Source: Longimicrobiales bacterium
Lineage (GTDB): Bacteria > Gemmatimonadota > Gemmatimonadetes > Longimicrobiales > Gaopeijiaceae
Reading direction: 5' to 3'
DNA: 64,000 nucleotides
Assembly (NCBI GenBank): GCA_965248195.1
Contig: CBDFIQ010000002.1
Coordinates: 1,920,001 to 1,984,000, forward strand
Shown: in pieces, positions 9,933 to 19,929 of the stretch
Numbering within the stretch: position 1 is the stretch's first letter
Layout: each line of letters opens with the position of its first letter
Notes under the pieces: generated by a model
Told to the model about the DNA's origin: nothing
What the model saw: the letters and a program-made list of their open reading frames with translations, nothing else
Databases searched by the model: none
Program-made: the position numbers and the translations under genes

Positions 9933-10682
9933 ATGTGCCGCCTGACCGCCTACGCAGGCGAGCCCCTCGCGGCCGACCCGCTGGTCTTCGGTGGAACGCA
10001 CTCGCTCCTCCAGCAAAGCTCCGCTCCGGGGGAGTTGCTTCATGGCCACGTGAACGCCGATGGTTACGGGGTGGTGTGGTACAGGGGTGCTACGCCCGTT
10101 CGGACGGGTGCTGCCCGTCCGATCTGGCAGGACGAAGACCTTCGTGCTCTCCTCGAGGGTGTCTCCTCTTCCACGATCCTCGCCGCGGTTCGTAACGCCA
10201 CGCCCGGCATTCCCATCGCCGGAGGGAATCAGCCGCTCCTCCACGGCCGGTGGAGCTTCATCTTGAATGGTTTTGTCGAGAATTTCCGCGAGAGTCACAT
10301 GCGCACGCTACGGTCTCACCTCCCGGACGACCTCTACGGGCACCTCGCGGGCCCCTCCGATAGCGAAACACTTTTCCTGCTCGCGGTTTCCACCATCCAG
10401 ACCGGAGCCTCACGCCTCGACGCGTTGCGCCGTGTGCGGGACCTGGTGCTCGAGACCGTGCGGGCGGAAAATCATGCGGCGCAACTCACCATGGTTCTGG
10501 CGGACGGGGATGGAATCGGTGTACTCAACACCGGCTCCGAGGGCACCACGAACTCTCTCTATCTCGCCCGCGGCCATCCCATGGCGCCCGACGGTACCCT
10601 GCTGGCTTCTGAGCGTCTCGACGACCATTCCTCATGGGAACCAGTCGCATCGCACGATGACGTTGAACTCATTTCCCCGTAA
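9933..10682 (+). CDS. egtC: Class II glutamine amidotransferase, EgtC-like
   Basis: N-terminal MCRL, NADGYGVVWY, AAVRNATPG and SDSE motifs; adjacent to egtD/egtB. Confidence 0.85.
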   Translation: MCRLTAYAGEPLAADPLVFGGTHSLLQQSSAPGELLHGHVNADGYGVVWYRGATPVRTGAARPIWQDEDLRALLEGVSSSTILAAVRNATPGIPIAGGNQPLLHGRWSFILNGFVENFRESHMRTLRSHLPDDLYGHLAGPSDSETLFLLAVSTIQTGASRLDALRRVRDLVLETVRAENHAAQLTMVLADGDGIGVLNTGSEGTTNSLYLARGHPMAPDGTLLASERLDDHSSWEPVASHDDVELISP

Positions 10683-10769
10683 CGTGTTAAGCGACGTTAT
10701 TGAATGTTGTTTATCACATCTCGAGCGGACTCACGACATATCTGAAGCGGACTCTGGGAACCCTGGTAC

Positions 10770-11807
10770 TCAGATCGGCGACACGAGGGCCATGGAGTAG
10801 AGTCCGTCCTCATCCGTGCACCATCTCACGATTTCCAGGCGAGCCGGTTCGAGCATTCGGGTGAGTAATGGCCGGTCGTACTTGCAGCTCAACTCGGTCC
10901 GGATGGACTCCCCTGACCCGATCTCTACAACCCCACCCCCGGGGATTCGCACCTTCTGAGCGTTCTCGGCTACCAGGTGCATCTCGATCCGCCCCGCTCG
11001 CTCATCGTAGAACGCTTTGTGCCGAAAGGCCGCCAGGTCGAAATTCGTACCGGCTTCCTGATTGAGGGCTCGCAGTATATTGAGGTTGAACTCGGCGGTG
11101 ACTCCTTTCCCGTCGTTGTATGCCGCCTCGAGACCTTCGATCGACTTTCCCTCCCCTGGACGAAGATCCGCGCCAAGCAGAAACAGGTCACTCTCGCCCA
11201 TCGCCGATCTCACGTTGGTAAGCAGCTGATTGGCCTCCTCCCCCACGAAGTTTCCGATCGTGCTGCCCAGGAGTGCGAAGAGCACGGGCTCCGGCAAGCC
11301 ACCGACAAAATCCAAGCTCCTCGTGATATCCCTCACCTGGGGCCGTACATCCAGTGAGGGATCTTCAACTCTCAGCGACTCGGCAGTCGCCCGCAGAAAA
11401 TCACCAGCCACGTCGACGGGCGCGTAGGTACGTTCCCGTGTCCCGTGCACCATGGCAGCGAGCAAGATCCTCGTCTTCCGTGCGCTGCCCGCCCCCAGCT
11501 CCACGAGGGATGCGGGCGCCATCTCTGTGACCCAACCAGAGACCGGCGTCTTGAGAAGGCCAGTCTCGGTGCGCGTCGGATAGTATTCCGGGAGTTCCGT
11601 AATGGCTTCGAAGAGCTCGGATCCGCGGGTGTCGTAGAAGTACTTCGAGGGGAGCTGCTTCTGAGGTTGGCTCAGTCCCCACCGGACATCCTCGAGCATC
11701 CCCGTCGGTGGTGATGCCGCCACGGGCGCCCCCGCTCGGCCACCCTCGAACGCATCGGCATTCTCGCTCACCGGCAGTCCCGAGCCTCGCTCAAAGATCC
11801 CGGACAC
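10770..11807 (-). CDS. egtD: L-histidine N-alpha-methyltransferase (start may be 11771)
   Basis: KYFYDTRGSELFEAITELPEYYPTRTE, ELGAGSARKT, LGSTIGN and YND..GVTAEFNLN motifs. Confidence 0.96.
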   Translation of the reverse strand: MSGIFERGSGLPVSENADAFEGGRAGAPVAASPPTGMLEDVRWGLSQPQKQLPSKYFYDTRGSELFEAITELPEYYPTRTETGLLKTPVSGWVTEMAPASLVELGAGSARKTRILLAAMVHGTRERTYAPVDVAGDFLRATAESLRVEDPSLDVRPQVRDITRSLDFVGGLPEPVLFALLGSTIGNFVGEEANQLLTNVRSAMGESDLFLLGADLRPGEGKSIEGLEAAYNDGKGVTAEFNLNILRALNQEAGTNFDLAAFRHKAFYDERAGRIEMHLVAENAQKVRIPGGGVVEIGSGESIRTELSCKYDRPLLTRMLEPARLEIVRWCTDEDGLYSMALVSPI

Positions 11808-13128
11808 AACGGAAGCCGCTAAAAATCTGGCGCCGAGTGGGATGGTCCCAGTTCCTGAACGTGCTACGGATTGCGGCCCCCCGCGTGGCCCAGGCTCCTC
11901 CCCTCAAGACCTTGTATTCGTCGCCGAAGAAGACCTCGGAGTATTCGGCGTAGGGGAAGGTTTGGTACCCTGGATAGGCCTGAAAACTCGCAGACGTCCA
12001 CTCCCACACGTCCCCGATCATCCCGTAGCACCCGATCGGCGATACGTTTTTTTCGTAGCTCCCAGCCGGCGCCGGGCCGAAAGTCAGTACATCGACGTTG
12101 GCGAAGGCCTGTGTGGGCGGCTCCTCGCCCCACGGGTAGGCTCGCTGGGTACCGGTCGCCGGGTCCCAGGTGGCAGCCGCCTCCCATTCGAATTCGGTGG
12201 GAAGACGCTTACCCGCGAAGGCGGCGAAGGCCTCCGCCTCGTGGTAGCACACATGACAGACCGGCCTCCGACTGTCCAGCGGAAGGATGCGATCCATGAT
12301 CCGGATCTTCCACCCCTCCCCACCGGAGCTCCAATCCTTGGGGTGTCGGACGCCGGATTCACTTCTCCACACCCAGCCTTCGTCCGACCAGTATTCACGG
12401 GTCTCGTATCCACCTTCAGCGACGAAGTCGGCGTACGCAGCCTCCGTTACCGGTATCGTGTCGATGAGAAAAGAAGCGATTTCGACCGAATGGCGAGGCC
12501 GCTCATTGTCGTACGAGGCGCTTCTGTCGTTGCTGCCGATCGCCACTGTCCCAGAAGGGAACCGGACCATCGTTGGGTCGCCGAAGGGGCCATCCTCCGG
12601 CGGAACGGGATGAGGCACGGAAACGTCCGGATGGTACGGATCACCCGTCTTGAGTTGCAGGGTCTGAAGGATGGTCTCGTTGTGCTGGTATTCGTGCTGG
12701 AGCACCATCCGGAAGACGAAGCCGTGGTCGAGGAGGGGATTCTCACTCGCGAGGTCGAGGGTGGCGAGTCGCTCCAGCACCGCCTCGCGGACGCCGGACA
12801 TATACTCGAGGCACCCCTCGACACTCGGCAAAGGCAACTCCGCCCTGGTCTTCCTGGGATTCTCGACCGGATCGTACATTCCGCGGAGACCCTCGGAGCC
12901 ATTCAGCGAGCCTCCGAGACTCTCGATGAGCCACACCTCTTCGAAGTGCGCAATGTGGCCCAAATCCCACAGGATAGGACTCATGAGTGGGTCATGCTGG
13001 ACGCGTAGATCGGCCCCCGACACGGAACTCAGAAGACTTACGGTACGAGCACGCGCCTCCTCGAGGAGGTGCCGGATCTCAACGGCATCGAGGCGCCGTC
13101 CTACCTGAAGATTCATCTCGAGATCCAT
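11791..13128 (-). CDS. egtB: Hercynine sulfoxide synthase (DinB + FGE-like domains)
   Basis: MSPILWDLGH, QHEYQHNETILQ iron-binding His triad, GDVWEWT and RRQIFSGFRC. Confidence 0.94.
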   Translation of the reverse strand: MDLEMNLQVGRRLDAVEIRHLLEEARARTVSLLSSVSGADLRVQHDPLMSPILWDLGHIAHFEEVWLIESLGGSLNGSEGLRGMYDPVENPRKTRAELPLPSVEGCLEYMSGVREAVLERLATLDLASENPLLDHGFVFRMVLQHEYQHNETILQTLQLKTGDPYHPDVSVPHPVPPEDGPFGDPTMVRFPSGTVAIGSNDRSASYDNERPRHSVEIASFLIDTIPVTEAAYADFVAEGGYETREYWSDEGWVWRSESGVRHPKDWSSGGEGWKIRIMDRILPLDSRRPVCHVCYHEAEAFAAFAGKRLPTEFEWEAAATWDPATGTQRAYPWGEEPPTQAFANVDVLTFGPAPAGSYEKNVSPIGCYGMIGDVWEWTSASFQAYPGYQTFPYAEYSEVFFGDEYKVLRGGAWATRGAAIRSTFRNWDHPTRRQIFSGFRCVRDL

Positions 13129-13272
13129 CCCTGGATGATCGCCTTCCGCCCTTCTCCGGCCCTGTGGCAGGGAGTTTTCCGGTCGCAACCTAACGGTGGG
13201 TGGATTCCAGGCGAACCCCCTATTCGTTACCGATACCGGTGCGCACGCGACCATCCCACGCTATCGTGGAGG

Positions 13273-14091
13273 ATGCGCGATCAGGCTCTGCCCACCGACG
13301 GACCGGCCCTCTCGGCGAAAAACGTCGTGAAGCGGTTCGGGTCCGTTCACGTCCTCGATCGTGTCACCCTATCCCTCGAACGGGGTGATATCGTCGCGCT
13401 CGTGGGTGAAAGCGGCGCGGGCAAGACCACCCTGCTCCGCCTGTTCAACCGGATGATCTCCGCGGACAAAGGGGAGGTGTGCGTCGGGGGGCGCGACGTC
13501 CACACGTTGAACCCGGTGCAGCTGCGCCGCTCCATTGGGTACGTACAGCAGGAGGGGGGACTCATCCCGCATTGGACCGTGCTCCGGAACGCAGCGTTGG
13601 TCCCGTGGCTGCGGGGTATGGCGTCGCCGGACGAGCTCGCCTCCAAGGCGCTCGAGCTCGTCGGGTTGCCCCCCGATGAGTTCGGCAAGCGTAGGCCGCG
13701 CGAGCTCTCCGGTGGTCAGCGGCAGCGGGTGGCCCTGGCACGCGCGTTGGCCGCGGAGCCGGAGATCATTCTGCTAGACGAGCCCTTCCGAGCCCTCGAC
13801 GCCATCACACGCGCCGCCCTTGTCGAGGGCGTGCAGGGGCTTCTTCGAGAGATCGGCGTGACCGCATTGCTCGTCACTCATGACATCAGGACCGCGCTGG
13901 AAATCGCCGACCGAGTGGCGGTTCTCCGAGGAGGGAGGTTCGAGCAAATCGCTCCAGCAGCCGAGCTTCGATCATCTCCAGCATCACCGTACGTGCAACA
14001 ATTACTCCACCGGGCGGGCGAGGCATCGGCCACAGGCGAGACATCGGCCACAGGCGAGGCAGCGGCCACAGGCGAGGCAGCGGCCAGGTGA
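13273..14091 (+). CDS. Quaternary-amine/osmoprotectant ABC transporter ATPase
   Basis: GESGAGKTT, LRRSIGYVQQ, LSGGQRQR and LLDEPF; GGAGG RBS; no CBS domains. Confidence 0.92.
   Translation: MRDQALPTDGPALSAKNVVKRFGSVHVLDRVTLSLERGDIVALVGESGAGKTTLLRLFNRMISADKGEVCVGGRDVHTLNPVQLRRSIGYVQQEGGLIPHWTVLRNAALVPWLRGMASPDELASKALELVGLPPDEFGKRRPRELSGGQRQRVALARALAAEPEIILLDEPFRALDAITRAALVEGVQGLLREIGVTALLVTHDIRTALEIADRVAVLRGGRFEQIAPAAELRSSPASPYVQQLLHRAGEASATGETSATGEAAATGEAAAR
14016..14087 (+). repeat. 18-nt tandem repeat x4 at the ATPase C-terminus
   Basis: GGCGAG(G/A)CA(T/G)CGGCCA(CA) units encode GEASAT GETSAT GEAAAT GEAAAR. Confidence 0.9.
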
Positions 14092-15683
14092 CTCGGCTCC
14101 GAAGGCTCGATCGGGTTCGCGCCTCCGGCCTCGCCGTCCTCTGGTTCGGCCTGGCCCTTGCCCTGTGCCCCGCGGCGACGTGGGCTCAGCGCACCCCCAT
14201 CATCGTCGCCTCGAAGCCGTTCGGAGAATCCTTTCTCCTGGCCGAGATGTTCGCCCAACTCCTGGAGAGCCGCGGTCTCGCGGTGCAACGCCGCTTCGGA
14301 CTCGGAGCCACGGAGATCGCGTTCCAGGCCCTCCGCACCGGCGCGATCGACGTTTATCCCGAGTACACCGGCACGGGTTTGGTGGCTGTGCTCGACCGAA
14401 CGCTCGAAGGGTCGCCGGGTGATGTTTTCCGCACCGTGTCTAGAGAGTTTCGCGAACGCTGGGGAACGCATTGGCTTCCGCCGCTCGGGTTTGAGAACAC
14501 CTACGCCATCGCCGTGCGGCGTGAGTCCGCGGAGGCCGACGGATTACGCACGCTTACCGATCTCGCACGTGTGGCCGACCGATACGTTGGCGGGTTTTCC
14601 CCCGACTTCATCGGCCGGCCCGACGGGTTGCCGGGATTACAGGCCGCATACGGCCTGCGAGTTCAGGCGCAACGATCCTTGCTCCAGGCCGTCAAGTACG
14701 AAGCGCTGGACCGCCGGGAGGTCGACGTGGTCGATGGGTACTCCACCGACGGTCGCATCGATAGGTACGATTTCGTGGTGTTGGAGGACGACCTCGGGTT
14801 CTTCCCGCCGTATCAGGCCTCACCGCTCGTGGGACGCCGGCTTTGGGAAACCCGCCCGGAAGCCGTGCGAGCGCTATCTGAGCTGGCCGGCATGCTGGAC
14901 GAGGAGGGGATGCGAGCGCTCAACCGCAGAGTTGAAGTCGAGGGAGAGGAACTCGCAACCGTCGCACGAGAGGCGTTGACGGACATGGGACTGGTCGCGG
15001 GTCCCGCCATTCGCATCGTGAGGGGCGCCGAGGGACGCGCGGGGTCACTCGGAGTCTACCTTTTCGCTCGCCGAGCCGAGATCCTCGACCTCACGACACG
15101 GCACATACTTCTCGTAATGGTGTCGCTGGTAGGCGCGACCCTGGTGGCGATCCCGCTCGGGCTCCTGCTGGAGCGAATCCGACGAGGAGCGGAGGGGGTC
15201 ATCCGGGCGATCGGGCTCTTCCAGACCATTCCCAGCATCGCACTTCTCGCGTTCATGATCCCGCTTCTCGGGATCGGCGTGGTGCCAGCCTTGGTGGCGC
15301 TTTTTCTCTACTCGCTGTTCCCGATCCTCCGGAATACCTATACGGGCATTACCGATGCCGATCCCGCCGCCGTGGACTCGGCCCGCTCTCTGGGGATGAC
15401 GGAGACACAGATCCTGAAATACATACGCTTTCCGCTCGCGATCCCCGTGATCATGGCGGGCGTGCGCACGGCGGCCGTCATTACCGTAGGAACGGCGACG
15501 TTGGCGGCGTTCATCGGCGCCGGAGGCTTGGGTGACCCGATCGTGGCGGGCCTCGCCCTCAGTGACTCCCGGATGATTCTGTCGGGGGCGATCCCCGCCG
15601 CAGCGCTCGCTTTCGCGGTGGATGGCGCCCTTGGCGTACTTCAAAGGATCGTGACGCCCACCGGTCTCGAAATCGCCGGATAA
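14088..15683 (+). CDS. Fused betaine-type substrate-binding protein + permease (Opu/OsmF/EgtU-like)
   Basis: SKPFGES, YPEYTGT, NTYA, YSTDG and FFPPY binding-protein motifs, then QTIPSIALL...ARSLGMT...IGAGGLG permease. Confidence 0.92.
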   Translation: MTRLRRLDRVRASGLAVLWFGLALALCPAATWAQRTPIIVASKPFGESFLLAEMFAQLLESRGLAVQRRFGLGATEIAFQALRTGAIDVYPEYTGTGLVAVLDRTLEGSPGDVFRTVSREFRERWGTHWLPPLGFENTYAIAVRRESAEADGLRTLTDLARVADRYVGGFSPDFIGRPDGLPGLQAAYGLRVQAQRSLLQAVKYEALDRREVDVVDGYSTDGRIDRYDFVVLEDDLGFFPPYQASPLVGRRLWETRPEAVRALSELAGMLDEEGMRALNRRVEVEGEELATVAREALTDMGLVAGPAIRIVRGAEGRAGSLGVYLFARRAEILDLTTRHILLVMVSLVGATLVAIPLGLLLERIRRGAEGVIRAIGLFQTIPSIALLAFMIPLLGIGVVPALVALFLYSLFPILRNTYTGITDADPAAVDSARSLGMTETQILKYIRFPLAIPVIMAGVRTAAVITVGTATLAAFIGAGGLGDPIVAGLALSDSRMILSGAIPAAALAFAVDGALGVLQRIVTPTGLEIAG

Positions 15684-15687
15684 ATCC

Positions 15688-17904
15688 GTGTCACGTTCGA
15701 CCGAGCCGGGGGGAGCCCCCACGCCTGCAGCGCCGGTTCGGGCGTGGGTACGGAGGTCTCGCCAAGCCCTTGGGGCGTTCTTGATCCTCCTCGCGTTCGT
15801 CCCGTTCTACCGGCTGATGGACACGTCCATAGACGCACCCCATCGGGGGGTCAGCGTCGACGTGGGGCAGGTGATCCCCCAACTCGCGTGGTGGGGCACG
15901 GTCGTGACCTTACTTCTGGCCTGGCTTTTCGCGCGGATCCTGCCCGGCAGGGCCATCCGCAAGATGGGAAAAGCCTTCGGGACGTGGCTTTCGAAGCCGT
16001 CAGCAACGATCTACGCGGTCACACTCTCGGGCATCTCCTTCGGGCTCTCCGTACTCACTGGACGCTTTTTGTATCAGGGGTTCTTCACCAACGTCGACGA
16101 GATCGCGTCCGCGATCCACGCACGCTACCTCGCGAATGGACTCCTTGCCGGGCCGATCGCCGAGGCCCCTGAAGCCTGGCTGATCCCTAACACCTTCATG
16201 GTCTCCGAGGGTTGGGTGTCCCACTTCCCTCCAGCTCACCTTCTGGCCATGGCAGCACTGATCCGGATGGGTATTCCCATGTTGCTCGGGCCGATATTCG
16301 CAGGTGTGCTCGCCGGCCTGCTCGCCCTATCCCTTCCAAGGCTACTGCCGGGGCATCCGGGGCCGGCCCGCGTCGCCGCTCTGCTCGTTGCCGTAACACC
16401 CTTCACTTTCTTCATGGGCGGCGGCTCGATGAGCCACATCTCGGCCGGTGCGTTCGGGGCGGCCGTGCTGTATTCGGCGTTACGAGCTAGGGATGGTAGT
16501 GCGTGGTGGGGAGTGGCTGCCGGGGCCGCCGTCGGGCTCATGGTTTCGGATCGTCCCCTGATCGGCTTGGTGGTAGGAACCGTTTTCACCCTGGGTCTGT
16601 GGGGCCCGCCCGCGTTCACAGAGCGTGCCCAAGCGTGGTTCTTGCGCCGCGCCGCGGCCACCCTGGTGGGAGGGGCGCCCTTCGCTGTGCTCTTCGGCTG
16701 GTTCAATCAGCGCCTCTACGGAAGTCCCTTCACCCTGGGCTATCTGGCCGCCTTCGGAGATCGCCATCGCTTGGGTCTCCACATGGATCCGTGGGGATTT
16801 CCCTACGGCGTTCGAGAGGCCGTGGCCTTCACCTCATCGGACGTGCTCAGTTTCGGAACCCAGTTGCTGGAGACGCCCTTCCCGATAACCGCGCTCATCG
16901 GGCTATACCTTCTGTTGGCTTCTCGACTTCCCAAGGGGGTCGGGGTTCTCGTAGCGTGGGCATTCCTCCCGGTCGTGGCGAACGCATACTACTGGTTCCA
17001 CGATGTACGGATGCTCTTCGAGGTGGCCCCCGCATGGATCGCCCTGGGTGTGATCGCAGCCCTCGGATTGGTCCGCGAGTGGGGCGGCAACGTCAATGAG
17101 CCTGCCGCCGCCGAAGCCGCCCCCGGGGGGGGTCGCCCCGACCAGGAACACTCCCGTGATCGGAGAAATTGGGCTGCGGATATGGCCACTTGGACCATCG
17201 TGATCGGCCTTGTGGGTGCCGTGGTGTGGGGCGCTCCCACCCGATGGGCCAGTTACCGATGGAGTGAGGAAACCTTACAGCGCATCACGGTACCACCCCT
17301 CCCTACCGAGGAACCCGCGATCGTCTTCGTACACACTTCTTGGAATGAACGCCTCAGCTCTCGCCTTCAGGGCGCCGGTGGGATGAGACAGGACACCGTC
17401 ATCACCGCCCTGCGCCGAAATACCAATTGTGGGCTTCATTCATACGCGTTGGCTCGGGAACGTCGTTTTGCCGGAACCGATCCTCGACAGACGGATATCC
17501 TGGGTCCCGGTGGCGTGTCCCTTCCCGCAGTGGACCTCGAGCAGATACCCGTTACACCTTCTGACATTGAGCGCCCCCCCTCACCGCCGGGTGCCACGCT
17601 GCGTACCCGAGCTGGAGAGCCCTTTGGGATCGCATGTCTCCGGGAGGTCGGCGCGGATCGGTACGGGGCGGTCGCGCTCGCCCCTCTGCTCTGGCAAGGA
17701 GACCTCCCCGGAATCGAAGAGGGCCGCCCGATGTTCGTCAGGGATTTCGGGCCTGAGCAGAATAGGCGCCTACTCGACGCCTATCCGGAACGGCAAGCGT
17801 TCGTTTTCGTGCCCAAGGATCCGAGCCTTCCGCCGGAGATCGTCCCGTACGATGAGGCGATGGCCCAGCTGTGGGGGGTCGTGGGTGTGGCCGGCAGGCC
17901 CTGA
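15688..17904 (+). CDS. Multi-pass membrane protein, probable GT-C (ArnT/PMT-like) glycosyltransferase
   Basis: Many transmembrane segments, DE motif in the first loop (NVDEIAS), soluble C-terminal domain. Confidence 0.6.
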   Translation: MSRSTEPGGAPTPAAPVRAWVRRSRQALGAFLILLAFVPFYRLMDTSIDAPHRGVSVDVGQVIPQLAWWGTVVTLLLAWLFARILPGRAIRKMGKAFGTWLSKPSATIYAVTLSGISFGLSVLTGRFLYQGFFTNVDEIASAIHARYLANGLLAGPIAEAPEAWLIPNTFMVSEGWVSHFPPAHLLAMAALIRMGIPMLLGPIFAGVLAGLLALSLPRLLPGHPGPARVAALLVAVTPFTFFMGGGSMSHISAGAFGAAVLYSALRARDGSAWWGVAAGAAVGLMVSDRPLIGLVVGTVFTLGLWGPPAFTERAQAWFLRRAAATLVGGAPFAVLFGWFNQRLYGSPFTLGYLAAFGDRHRLGLHMDPWGFPYGVREAVAFTSSDVLSFGTQLLETPFPITALIGLYLLLASRLPKGVGVLVAWAFLPVVANAYYWFHDVRMLFEVAPAWIALGVIAALGLVREWGGNVNEPAAAEAAPGGGRPDQEHSRDRRNWAADMATWTIVIGLVGAVVWGAPTRWASYRWSEETLQRITVPPLPTEEPAIVFVHTSWNERLSSRLQGAGGMRQDTVITALRRNTNCGLHSYALARERRFAGTDPRQTDILGPGGVSLPAVDLEQIPVTPSDIERPPSPPGATLRTRAGEPFGIACLREVGADRYGAVALAPLLWQGDLPGIEEGRPMFVRDFGPEQNRRLLDAYPERQAFVFVPKDPSLPPEIVPYDEAMAQLWGVVGVAGRP

Positions 17905-17937
17905 GGGGGGCCCCTCCTAGCACCGCGCTTCCGCTTG

Positions 17938-19666
17938 CTAGAAAAGCGGGCCCCCGTCCAGAAGGTCTCCGGCCACCGCACTCTCGACGGGCCGAGAAAA
18001 CAGGTAACCCTGGGCTTCTTCGCACCCGAGCTCGATCAGCTGTTTCAGCTGATCCTCCGTTTCGACGCCCTCCGCGATGATCGACAAGTCGAGGTTTTTC
18101 GCCAACCGGACGATCGTCTTCACGATCTCCAGGTCGGAGTCGCCCTCACTCATTCGGTCCACGAAGGACCGATCGATCTTCAAGGTGTGGATCGGCAGCC
18201 GGCACAGGTAGCTGAGCGAAGAATAACCCGTGCCGAAGTCGTCTATATGGAGGCGCAACGAACGGTCCCAGAGCTGCTGTAGGACCGCCGAGGAGCCGGC
18301 CAGGTTCGACATCAAGGAAGACTCGGTGATCTCGATGTGTAACGAAGCGGGGGGAATCCCGTAGCGGGAGATCCGGGTGGCGATCTGATCGACGAGATCG
18401 GCCTGCTCGAACTGCCTCGCCGAAAGGTTGATCGCCATGGTCAGCGGCACGTCTCGGGGAAACCGGTCCTGCCACTCCTTGAGTTGGCGGCAACCCTCCT
18501 CCAGGCCCCACCACCCGATGGGAACGATCAGGCCCGTTTCTTCGGCCACCGGCACGAATTCATCTGGAGAGACCGTGCCACGATCGGGATCTTTCCCAGC
18601 GCAAGAGGGCCTCGAAACCCAGGATGTGACCGGTCTCGAGCGAAACGATGGGCTGATAATGAAGAACCATTTCATCTCGTTCCACCGCCACCTTGAGGCG
18701 AGACTCCAAATGAACCCGCGCGAGGGCTCCAGCATGTAACACGGGATCGAAAATGCGATGGGAGCTCGGGCCGTCTTCGGCGCGAGCCGTGCGCGAGGCG
18801 GTCTTGGCGTCCCGGACCATGTCACTCGGCCTCTCGAAGCCCGTCTGACTCAGGGCTATTCCGATGCTGGCGCTGGAAAACACCTCCTGGTCCTCGATAT
18901 GGAACGGGGTCGAAAGGGCCTGATGGATGCGGTTGGCCAACCGCACCGGCTCACTCGTGTTGTTCACACCATCGAGCAACAAAATGAACTCGTCCCCCTC
19001 CATACGAGCGACCGTGTCCACCGGACGCACGCAGGGCTCCAGACGCTCGCCTACCCCCCGAAGGAGGGAATCGCCCCAGCCGCGCCCGTGCTTCTCGTTG
19101 ATTTCCCGAAAGCCGTCGAGATCCACATACAGGACCGAGAACGCCCCACTCTCCCTCGCGTGGCGCCTGGCCGCCCGATCGAGCCTCTCGAAAAAAAGCT
19201 GCCGGTTGGGAAGATCGGTGATCGGATCGCGAAGGGCGTCCCGCATCAAATCGAGCTCCCTCTGCTTTTGGCGCTGAAGCGCCCGCACCTGCCGCTCGGC
19301 GATCGTCAGCCGAACATGGAGAAGATCCCCCGTCAGCGGCTTGGTGAGATAGTCATCGGCCCCCGCCGAGAGTGCCTCCTCGAGGCCCTCTCGCCCGTCC
19401 ACGCCGGTCGCGAACAAAATCACCGTCTGGGCGGACTCCGGCACGAGTCGTATTTCACGACACAGTTCCATCCCGTTCATGTCCGGAAGCATGATGTCGA
19501 GGATCACGAGCGGGCACGGGTTGCGCTGGTACGCCAGGAGACCTTCCGCCGACGTCCCGTAAGCCGCCACCTCGTGCCCCCGGCCCTCAAGGATGCGCGT
19601 CAGCAGCACCCGCTGGTCTTCGTCATCCTCTACGACAAGGGTCTGAAGCGGATCTTGGGTCATCAA
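17938..19666 (-). CDS. REC-GGDEF-EAL response regulator; apparent +1 frameshift at about 18592-18597
   Basis: REC domain, EGDEF, then EALLRW. The EAL domain continues in the adjacent frame (DPDRG..., IEITE, DDFGTGYSS, KIDRSFV, AEGVE, QGYLFSRP). Confidence 0.9.
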
Positions 19667-19929
19667 TCGGGCGAGGCGGCTGGTTAGGGGGCGCAGGGGC
19701 AGGTTGACCTTTCACCACTCTACCCCCAAGCCCATACGCAGGTCAACGAAAAGACCACAACGGGAAAAAAATCCCGTTGGCGGCGGCCAGCACCGCAAAT
19801 AGCTTTTGAAAGACGGGGATCTCACAATCCGTCCACCCTCGATCCATCCCCTCGTCAGAGGAGCACGCTCGTGACGCCAAGCAGAGTCCCCACGGCCGCA
19901 CAGGTAGCGCGGAGTGGAGTCGACACCCA

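Noticed and set aside
11791..13128. EgtB homologue as selenoneine synthase SenA, given selB in the window
   Set aside because: No senB-type glycosyltransferase or selD/senC is adjacent; egtC and egtD are, and selB is 38 kb away.
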